DNA from: a virus
Lineage: Duplodnaviria > Caudoviricetes
Length of the DNA: 55,401 bases
IMG/VR virus record: IMGVR_UViG_3300009503_000039
Span: 1 to 55,401 of that record
Reading direction: 5' to 3' (one strand)
This document shows, piece by piece, positions 8,872 to 16,566 of the stretch; position 1 is the stretch's first letter; every line of letters starts with the position of its first letter. The translations under genes and the position numbers were made by a program. Under the pieces are notes generated by a model. That model was not told the DNA's origin and did no database searches. It was given only the letters and a program-made list of their open reading frames with translations.

Positions 8872-10464
8872 ATGAAAAAAACTATAAGTGAAAATGCATT
8901 AAATAAATATTCAAATCTTTTAAAAACTGAGGAACTTATAAAGTTTAAGGTTAAACAAAGTATTGCAAATAATTTGGACAATATATTTGAGAGTACTTTT
9001 GATACTCGAAAATATTTAGAGAATAAATTTAATGTTAATTTGTATCTTAATCAAATTGAGGCATATGAAGCCATTGTTAATCCTTCTATTCCATATATTA
9101 TATTAGTTATGGCTCGAGGAGGCGGAAAAACTTTTTCAGTGAGTACAGGTTTATTAGGATTATGTGATACTTTTAGTGGAACTCCTGTTGGAATATTCGG
9201 GCCTAAACAACAGCAAGCTATGAAGATTATTGAAGAGATAGGATTGATAAGACTTAAGTCTGAATATGTTAATAGTATTATATCTCATTATTCTACAGAA
9301 AAAATTAAATTTAAAAATGGTTCTTTTATCCGTGCTTTTTCCGCAGCGGATCAAGCCGAGATTGAAGGATTTCATGGTGTTGTAGTGATGGAGGAAGCAA
9401 GTGTAATTTCGAATCATACAGTATCTAATCGTATTTTGCCAATGATTGCGTGGCCAGGATTTATCAAAGTTATAAAATTAGGTTTACCCAGAGGAAAAAA
9501 TCATTTTTATAAGAGTTTTTTAGATCCTAAATATGTGAAAATATTTAAAAAGTTTGATCAATGTCCATTGTTGAAACATAGCGGAGTCATTGTAGTTGAT
9601 GGAATAGAATACCCTAGAATTGTTGTAGATAGAATGCCTATAAGTTTAAAGAAAAAATTTTTTCCTGGTCATCCTGAACTTTGGTATGAAGGAGATATGA
9701 CAGAAGAGGATTTTTTGTCTGAATATATGCTTGAATGGTTAGAAAATATAGATAGAGAATTGAGTGAGGAACAAATTAAGAAATTATTTTCGGGGACTTA
9801 TATTCCCGAAGAAGTAGGAATTGCTGGGGTAGATTATTATTTTGGTTTAGATTTAGCTGGTAGTTCTGATGTAATTGGAAATAAAACAGATTTTACGTCT
9901 TTAACAGTTGGAAAAAAACTTGAGAATGGAGTTAAGCAGATAGTTTTTGAAAAAACCTGGAAAGGAGATACAGTAACACAAAAACAAGAGATAGATGCAA
10001 TTATAAATCCAAGAACAGGACTGTTTAAATGTAAATATGGTTGTGCAGATAGAGGATTTAATGCTGCTATGTTAGATGAGTTAAGAGCTTTAGGAAATAA
10101 TATTATAGGATTTGCTTTTAATCAGACTGATAAACTTACTGGAAAGAATTATAAGAATGTAATATTCGATCATTGGAAATGGGAGATTGATAATGACAGA
10201 TTACAATATCCTCATATTGATTTTGTAAACAAAAATCCTTATTTTAAAGAAGGAAAAATACAGTGGGAAAATATAGAAAGAGAAATTAGACCAAATACTG
10301 TTAATAGAAAGATATCAGCTCCAGATGAAGAAGGAATGCATGATGATGTAGCATGTAGTGATTGTTTGTTCGTATTTGCCGCTGATAAAATAAAACCACA
10401 AGATGTTCCAGCGGCAAGTAAGAAATTACCAAATCCTATAAAAGGACCCAAAGTTGTTAAATAA
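8872..10464 (+). CDS. terL: Terminase large subunit
   Basis: Walker A ARGGGKT, Walker B VVMEEAS, nuclease GLDLA and HDDVACS. Confidence 0.92.
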   Translation: MKKTISENALNKYSNLLKTEELIKFKVKQSIANNLDNIFESTFDTRKYLENKFNVNLYLNQIEAYEAIVNPSIPYIILVMARGGGKTFSVSTGLLGLCDTFSGTPVGIFGPKQQQAMKIIEEIGLIRLKSEYVNSIISHYSTEKIKFKNGSFIRAFSAADQAEIEGFHGVVVMEEASVISNHTVSNRILPMIAWPGFIKVIKLGLPRGKNHFYKSFLDPKYVKIFKKFDQCPLLKHSGVIVVDGIEYPRIVVDRMPISLKKKFFPGHPELWYEGDMTEEDFLSEYMLEWLENIDRELSEEQIKKLFSGTYIPEEVGIAGVDYYFGLDLAGSSDVIGNKTDFTSLTVGKKLENGVKQIVFEKTWKGDTVTQKQEIDAIINPRTGLFKCKYGCADRGFNAAMLDELRALGNNIIGFAFNQTDKLTGKNYKNVIFDHWKWEIDNDRLQYPHIDFVNKNPYFKEGKIQWENIEREIRPNTVNRKISAPDEEGMHDDVACSDCLFVFAADKIKPQDVPAASKKLPNPIKGPKVVK

Positions 10465-10470
10465 AGGAGG

Positions 10471-10683
10471 ATGTTTATGGAACAAATAATTTATCAACTT
10501 AATCGAATTTTAAAAGAATTGAATAATGTTATTTATTCTATTATGTTTAAAAATTATGATATAGATATTGATGAAGAAATAGAGACAGATAAATTAGTTC
10601 AAGCTGTGCAGTTAATTAAGGAACAGATAACTATAATACAAGAAAAAGAAGAATCTTTAGAAGAACAAGGAATTGAAGAATAG
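10471..10683 (+). CDS. Small acidic hypothetical protein
   Basis: AGGAGG RBS right after terL. Confidence 0.65.
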   Translation: MFMEQIIYQLNRILKELNNVIYSIMFKNYDIDIDEEIETDKLVQAVQLIKEQITIIQEKEESLEEQGIEE

Positions 10684-10729
10684 ATGTTATATCATATATT
10701 AGTAAAAGTGGATGTTTAAAAAAAACATC

Positions 10730-10807
10730 CAAAAATCACTTTTTTGTAAAATAATAGCTTTTTTGTGATATAATATATATATCTCAAAAATAATAATAAA
10801 AAGGGGA
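10730..10807 (+). promoter_or_regulatory. Repeated promoter/RBS cassette, copy 2
   Basis: Near-identical to 6080-6157; TGaTATAAT; AAGGGG RBS before ATG 10812. Confidence 0.75.
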
Positions 10808-10811
10808 ATAA

Positions 10812-11276
10812 ATGAAAATAACTCCAGAGATGAAGAAAATGGTAAAGGAAATTCATCCAATTTGTAAAATTTGTCGTAGAGAAAATTGTAATAAACATTC
10901 ACGACATTTTAGTATGCGTTGGTGTTCTTTAATGACTCCTAAAGTGATTTCTGAAGAAGAGTTCAAAAAGAGATTTGGAAAAAGAAATGAAATTACTGGA
11001 AAAATTGATTATGATGAAATAGCTATTAAGAATTTTTGGAAGCAGGAAGCGGAAAAAGTACCGGTAAAGTATCGTACTCGTAAAGTAAAAAAAGTTGAGA
11101 ATGTTAATTATGATTTTAAAGTCGGAGATGATGTAATATATAATGGGAAAAGAATTAAAGTAAAAGGACAAATTTGTAAAGTAGTAAAGTTAGTTCCTGG
11201 AACAGTGACACTTAAATCTAAATCAGGAGAGATATTTATTTGTTCCCCAAATAGTGTAGAAAAAACAACAGCATAG
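10812..11276 (+). CDS. Protein with N-terminal Cys/His cluster and C-terminal SH3/KOW-like barrel
   Basis: CKIC...C..H; FKVGDDVIYNGK...KGQICKVV...CSPNSVE. Confidence 0.7.
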   Translation: MKITPEMKKMVKEIHPICKICRRENCNKHSRHFSMRWCSLMTPKVISEEEFKKRFGKRNEITGKIDYDEIAIKNFWKQEAEKVPVKYRTRKVKKVENVNYDFKVGDDVIYNGKRIKVKGQICKVVKLVPGTVTLKSKSGEIFICSPNSVEKTTA

Positions 11277-11334
11277 TTAATTTTTACATAAAAAAAGCAT
11301 ATATATATATATTATAAGATTAGGAGGAAAAGAT

Positions 11335-11754
11335 ATGAATATAGAAATTGGTAAAATGTATACTTACGATAATGGTTATATGAAAGGTATTGTTAGAGTT
11401 CAGTGGATATTTGGAAATAAAGTTTCATTAGCTTTTTGTGATAAGTTATGTAAAGGTGGTTATATTGTTGTAGGGAGAGCTGAAGCAGAAAATCTATTAA
11501 AAGAGGAGGTGATTAAAATGAAAAGGATTGGTGAAAAGGAAGCGGGGGAAGTAACAGAGGTTGTTCCAACGGTTCCTAAAGATAAGGCTTCAACCGTAAA
11601 GACCTTTGCAGTAGGCGATAAAGCGATTTACAAGGGTAAGAATGATGCTCTCAAAGGTAAGCCTTGTGAGGTTATTCGAGTTCGTCCTGATGGAATTGAT
11701 GTCAAATTCAAGGACGGAAAAGTGTATGCTTGTTCAGCTAAAAGCTTAGAATAA
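11335..11754 (+). CDS. SH3/KOW-like domain protein; C-terminus paralogous to the preceding ORF
   Basis: FAVGDKAIYKGK...KGKPCEVI...CSAKSLE; strong internal RBS and in-frame ATG at 11518. Confidence 0.7.
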   Translation: MNIEIGKMYTYDNGYMKGIVRVQWIFGNKVSLAFCDKLCKGGYIVVGRAEAENLLKEEVIKMKRIGEKEAGEVTEVVPTVPKDKASTVKTFAVGDKAIYKGKNDALKGKPCEVIRVRPDGIDVKFKDGKVYACSAKSLE

Positions 11755-11782
11755 AACCAGACATTAAATATTTTCTATGCTT

Positions 11783-11821
11783 CTACACTAGCTCACTACT
11801 ATTAAAAGTGAGCTAGTGTAG
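11783..11821. repeat. Perfect 15-bp inverted repeat
   Basis: CTACACTAGCTCACT-9 nt-AGTGAGCTAGTGTAG, no U-tract. Confidence 0.85.
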
Positions 11822-11913
11822 TTATAAATAATTCGGTTGTAAACATTATAAGTGAGTAATAAAGAGATAGGGAAAAAGTAGATTATTTGATTCTTAAGGT
11901 TAGAGAGGACTAA

Positions 11914-12105
11914 ATGATTCGGGATATTATTATAGTAATTTTAGTTTGTTGGCTTCTTTTATGGGGCATTAAAATAAATAGATTAGAAATGAAGATGAAA
12001 GTTCAAGAAGCAATAATTGAATCTCAAAAAGAAGTGATTAAAACTCAAGAGAATATAATAAAAATTCAGGAATTGATTGATAGTTTAAAAGAGAATGGAA
12101 AATGA
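11914..12105 (+). CDS. Small protein with N-terminal TM helix and coiled coil
   Basis: GAGGA RBS; hydrophobic N-terminus; Q..II..Q heptads. Confidence 0.7.
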   Translation: MIRDIIIVILVCWLLLWGIKINRLEMKMKVQEAIIESQKEVIKTQENIIKIQELIDSLKENGK

Positions 12106-12185
12106 AAGTTGTAGGTATTGTATTTATTATTACAGTGTTAATTTTAGGGATTGTAAGTATTATTTTTAGTGAAAAAGTAAAATGA
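12102..12185 (+). CDS. 27-aa single-TM micropeptide
   Basis: ATGA overlap with the previous stop; MKVVGIVFIITVLILGIVSIIFSEKVK. Confidence 0.5.
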   Translation: MKVVGIVFIITVLILGIVSIIFSEKVK

Positions 12186-12223
12186 GTTAAGTAATTATTG
12201 TAGTAGATAACTGGGATAAATAG

Positions 12224-12262
12224 AAGCTAACTTTATGAAACTATGTAAAGTTAGCTTTTTTT
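12224..12262 (+). terminator. Intrinsic terminator
   Basis: AAGCTAACTTTA-loop-TAAAGTTAGCTT followed by a T-run. Confidence 0.8.
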
Positions 12263-12278
12263 GTTGTTAATGGTAATG

Positions 12279-12321
12279 ATTGTCATTTATTATACATTTT
12301 TATTATATATATAGAAAGCAG
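12279..12321 (+). promoter_or_regulatory. Putative head-module promoter motif, copy 1
   Basis: ATTGTCATTT...TATATAGAAAGCAG, also present at 21866-21909. Confidence 0.55.
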
Positions 12322-12350
12322 TGTGTAAATATAAAGGGGGTAGATGAAAT

Positions 12351-13919
12351 ATGCCAAAAGAAATAAAAAAGATTGATATGCCAAAGCCAGTTGGTATTTC
12401 GAAGACTTCATACTCAACATTTAACTATTTAAAAATTGCGAGTATGGATAAGACTTCAGCTTTAGATAATACAATTGATGTTACAACAGCAACTCCTTCA
12501 TGGTATCATCCCGCCCTCACACCTCCAAACTGGTTGTTACCTCGTTCTTTAATTGAAGTTCAGAACTGGGCAAATATTTTTTATAATAATGAACCATTAG
12601 TACAATCTATTATCAATCTTTATAGCGAATACCCGTTGAGTAAATTTGACTTAGTGGTAGAAGACGATAAGATAAAACGTGAATATGAAGATATGATGTT
12701 TAATGCAGATTTTGATTTGTATAGTTTTATAAAGCAAATGAGTTTACAATACTGGAAATTAGGAGAAGCAATTTGTTATGGTTCTTATAATGTTAATGAT
12801 AAACGATGGGATAGATTTATTTTGTTGGAGAATTCTTCCGTAGAGGTTAAAATAAATAAAATAAATGGCAAATTAAGATTTTTCTTATTACCAACAGATG
12901 CTCTAAAAAGTTTAATTCGTTCTACAGATGAACAAGATATAGAATATGTAAATTCTTTGAATCCTGAATTTGTAGAAGCGATAAGACAAAATAAACCCGT
13001 TGAATTACCTCCAGAATGTACTTCAATTATAGCCAGAATAGTAAGACCGGGAGATACTAGAGGAACACCCATTTGTGCCGCTATTTTTAAGATCTTAATG
13101 CTTCAAGATAGATTAAAAGTAGCTCAGATGGCAATTGCTGATCGACATATTACACCTATTCAATTATGGAAAATAGGATCGGTGGCTCAGGGATATATTC
13201 CTACAGATAAAGATTTAGAGAATTTTAGAGAAATGTTGAATCAAGCTTCTTTAGATCCAAGTTTTTCAATTATATTTCATGATGCAGTGCAGTTTGAAGC
13301 AGTGGGAATAAAAGATAAGATAATTCCTTTACAACCCGAATTTGAATATATAGATGAGAAAATAATGCAGTGTTTTGGGGTAAATAAAGCTATAATTACA
13401 GGAGAAGGTCCAGCTTTTACAAGTCCTCAACTTATTGGACTGCAGATATTTGTAAACAGATGTTTAGCTTGGAGAGATGAAATAGAAAATTGGATAAGAA
13501 ATCATTTTTGTAGACGTGTAGCTATAGATAGAGGATATAAAGATACAAGATAGGATCCACCAAGATTAATTTTACCTCAGATAGCGTGGTATAAAGATCC
13601 ATTGCTTGAAGATTTCCGGGAAAAAGAACAATTCTATAAATTATGGAAAGATGGAGCAATTTCAACAAAAACATTATTTAGTAAATATAAAACGTTAGAC
13701 TGGGACACGGAAAAAAGAAATCTCGAAGAAGAGAAGGGAACAATTTTTGATTCACATGATAGATTACCTAAAGCATTTTCAACAGGAGTTCCAGGAAAAG
13801 TTTCACCTCCTGTAGGTGAAGAAACATTTGTAAAAGAAACACCTACAGAAGAGATGACTGTAAAACCAATAGAAGAAACAGAAACTGCTCCAGAAGGAGC
13901 TTCTGAAGCTTCAGAATGA
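12351..13919 (+). CDS. Portal protein (522 codons) with one in-frame TAG at 13551-13553
   Basis: Portal-type segments (FYNNEPLV, YWKLGEA, RGTP, GVNKAIITGEG); the frame continues past TAG as DPPRLILPQIAWYK and joins track ORF 13602..13919. Confidence 0.85.
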
Positions 13920-14102
13920 AGCAGTAATAGTTACTTGATAATTTTATTAATTATAATCATTTGCTTCAACCTGGAAGCCCTAGGGTATATAGGGCGGTAT
14001 TCAAAAAATGATTCCTAAAGAGATTTGATGAGTTTTTGACAGTTTAACTTAAATATGGATGAGTGAAATAAAATAGCTCAAATCAATTATAAGGAGGTAT
14101 GT

Positions 14103-14369
14103 ATGGCTTTTATAAAACACGGTAGTCCTGAAGCGATTAAAGATGTGGTTTCAGGGGAAGAAGAGTTTGAAAAACTAAGAAAAAAAATTGCAGCAGAAAA
14201 TAATCTTATACGTTGTAGCAGATGCGCACATCTGCTGGCTAAAAGCGATAAAGATGGTAATATTGACTTACAACATAGAAAATTAATATTGACAATTAAA
14301 TCTTCAAATTTACAAGGAGTAGTAAAATGTCCGTATTGTAATCAGTTAAATGTAATACGGAGTGAGTAA
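14103..14369 (+). CDS. Mu Com-like zinc-ribbon protein
   Basis: IRCSRCAHLLAK...VKCPYCNQLN; AAGGAGG RBS. Confidence 0.65.
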   Translation: MAFIKHGSPEAIKDVVSGEEEFEKLRKKIAAENNLIRCSRCAHLLAKSDKDGNIDLQHRKLILTIKSSNLQGVVKCPYCNQLNVIRSE

Positions 14370-14389
14370 AAAAAATAGAAGGAGGTAGT

Positions 14390-14653
14390 ATGCAAGAAAA
14401 AGGTTTGAGTAAGATGATTGAAACTGTAGCATTAAGAGTAATGGGGTTTTCGCTGGATTTAGCTAGAATTGCACTTGGAAATGTTCAGTTTAAGCAGTTC
14501 TCTATAACATTGAAAGATCAAACATATAGTTTGATTGATCAAGCAGTAAAGAGTTTATATGATGCAGGTTATATACTAGAAACTGAATATAATGAGTATG
14601 TAGAACGGAAAAAAGAATTTGAAGCAAATAAATACAAGAAAGAAGAAAAATAA
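14390..14653 (+). CDS. Hypothetical protein
   Basis: AAGGAGG RBS, 87 aa. Confidence 0.7.
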   Translation: MQEKGLSKMIETVALRVMGFSLDLARIALGNVQFKQFSITLKDQTYSLIDQAVKSLYDAGYILETEYNEYVERKKEFEANKYKKEEK

Positions 14654-14664
14654 TTTAGGAGATA

Positions 14665-14970
14665 ATGATCATGGGTGTGTTAATTAGTATTTTGAAGATT
14701 CTGCTTATTGCTTTATCAATTGAATCAATTTCAAGTTTAATTAAGTGGATTTTGAAATGGTTTGTGCAAATTGATGATTTGGGATATATAATTTCTATTA
14801 TAGTAGGCATTGTATTATGCGTTTGGGCTGGCACTGGTTTTATCTCTATTTTGATAGGAAAATCTATATTAGTAGATAGTATAATGAGTGGAGTTGTTAT
14901 TTCCAGAATTAGTAATGTAATTAATGATGTGTTGTATTGGTTATGGAGAAAATGTAAATTGGAAGTATAA
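14665..14970 (+). CDS. Small multi-TM protein, holin-like
   Basis: About three hydrophobic segments and a basic C-terminus. Confidence 0.55.
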   Translation: MIMGVLISILKILLIALSIESISSLIKWILKWFVQIDDLGYIISIIVGIVLCVWAGTGFISILIGKSILVDSIMSGVVISRISNVINDVLYWLWRKCKLEV

Positions 14971-15112
14971 AATAGAATAGTATTTAAGCTACAAGCTATC
15001 GCTACCATGAAGGTTAATGATTGTTATAGACCAGATATGCAAATTAAAAGAGCTGAGGTCGAAAGCGATAGCTTTGGAATTATAAAATGAATTACTAAAG
15101 AGGTACAAAACA

Positions 15113-15685
15113 ATGGAAAATTTATCTAAAGAAAAAATTACAGAAGCTAATTCAGAAAAATCAATAGAGGAAGTTAAAAGAGAGATTAAATGTCCTCAAT
15201 GTGGGGAATATTTTTATGGAAATAAATGTCCAAAATGTGGATGGGAGACTGTACAGGAGAGAGAAACAGTTGGAGGTTTAAATAAAAGTTTTTTTACTAA
15301 AGTATTATCTGTTCAGGAGATATCAGAATTAACAAAGCAAGGTAGTGTAGAGGATTGGATTACTGCACTTCTTGATAATCCTTATTTAAAAAATATTATT
15401 ACATTTTTAGCAGCTTTTACATTTTCTCCTGCGGTAAAAAAAGTAATAGATTCTATAACTGATCTTTTAAAAGAGTTAGATAAAAAAAAGAAGAAAAAAT
15501 CTTCTTTAGTTTTAGAAAGTGTTCAATCACCCGAAAGTGTAGCAGAAATTATAGCAACAATAAAATACGGGAAGAAAAAAGATAGAGTGGATAGTCCAAT
15601 TAAAAGTGACATATTATTAAAAGATTTATATGAAGAAGAAGACAAAAGTAAAACTAAAAAAGAAGTTGAAGATGAATTGCGTTAA
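15113..15685 (+). CDS. Zn-ribbon-containing hypothetical protein
   Basis: CPQCG...CPKCG; the stop codon lies inside the 29-bp repeat. Confidence 0.65.
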   Translation: MENLSKEKITEANSEKSIEEVKREIKCPQCGEYFYGNKCPKCGWETVQERETVGGLNKSFFTKVLSVQEISELTKQGSVEDWITALLDNPYLKNIITFLAAFTFSPAVKKVIDSITDLLKELDKKKKKKSSLVLESVQSPESVAEIIATIKYGKKKDRVDSPIKSDILLKDLYEEEDKSKTKKEVEDELR

Positions 15686-15936
15686 ACACTATGCAAAGAA
15701 CGTTGAAAATTTAGTTTTGGGTTAGCCAATACAGCCATTTTCGTATAGTTGATCCGGCATATACAAGCCAAACTTGCAGTAAATGCGGGTTTGTCCATAA
15801 GTTATCCAGGAATGGTAGGGTATTTACGTGCAGGCATTGTGGCTGCACTTTGGATGCGGATTTTAACGCATCTGTGAATATCCTGAATCTTGTGATAGTC
15901 CGGGAGACAGAATTGGTTAACGCCAGTTCGATATGA
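15672..15936 (+). pseudogene. tnpB: TnpB (IS200/IS605/IS607 OrfB) C-terminal remnant
   Basis: Start-less frame 15715-15936 reads [14 protein letters not shown]...[20 protein letters not shown] (Zn ribbon plus RuvC-III); locally higher GC. Confidence 0.85.
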
Positions 15937-16022
15937 GTCCTGGAAGTACAGAATCCAACTCATTTAGTATCAAACAAGCTGTAACAAAACTTGATATTGA
16001 ATACCACGAAGAAGGAGTGAAA

Positions 16023-16532
16023 ATGGAAAGAATTATGACGTTTTTAGTTGATGCAGGTGTTACATGGAAAGATATTTTGGTTGAAGTTGGTGTTGTTTTA
16101 GGAATTCTATATTTATTTATCATTTTAAATAATTCTTTGTTGAAAAATTTTTTAAAAAAAGATTTAAATTTGCTGAATACGGTACTCAATGAAAGTCGTT
16201 CTAAAGTAGAAAAAAGTTTAGTTGCAATTTATTCTTTGGATAAGGAAATAACAGATTTAAAGAACAGTTTTAATCAATTTAAAAGTGATATTTTAGCAAA
16301 AGAAGATTCAAATAAATCAGAAATAATTGATGTTTTAAAAACAGAATTGTTTTCTTTAAATAATCAGACAACAAAAATAATTACTGAGCTTAAAGAAAGT
16401 GTTGCTAAAATTATAGTATTAGAGAATTCTATAAACGAAATTATAAGTAGTTTAATTTCTTCTTTAAAAGAACTGAAAGAACAATGTTCAGACAAAATTG
16501 AATATTTTTTGCATAGAATGGGTAATATCTAG
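16023..16532 (+). CDS. TM plus coiled-coil protein (start moved to ATG 16023)
   Basis: AAGGAG RBS; hydrophobic ILVEVGVVLGILYLFII; long heptad region. Confidence 0.65.
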   Translation: MERIMTFLVDAGVTWKDILVEVGVVLGILYLFIILNNSLLKNFLKKDLNLLNTVLNESRSKVEKSLVAIYSLDKEITDLKNSFNQFKSDILAKEDSNKSEIIDVLKTELFSLNNQTTKIITELKESVAKIIVLENSINEIISSLISSLKELKEQCSDKIEYFLHRMGNI

Positions 16533-16566
16533 GATCTATTCCAATATATAAAAATGGAGTAAAAAA

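Noticed and set aside
15672-15936. Active TnpB/Cas12-like nuclease or IStron
   Set aside because: Only ~70 C-terminal codons with no start; no tnpA; no group I core adjacent
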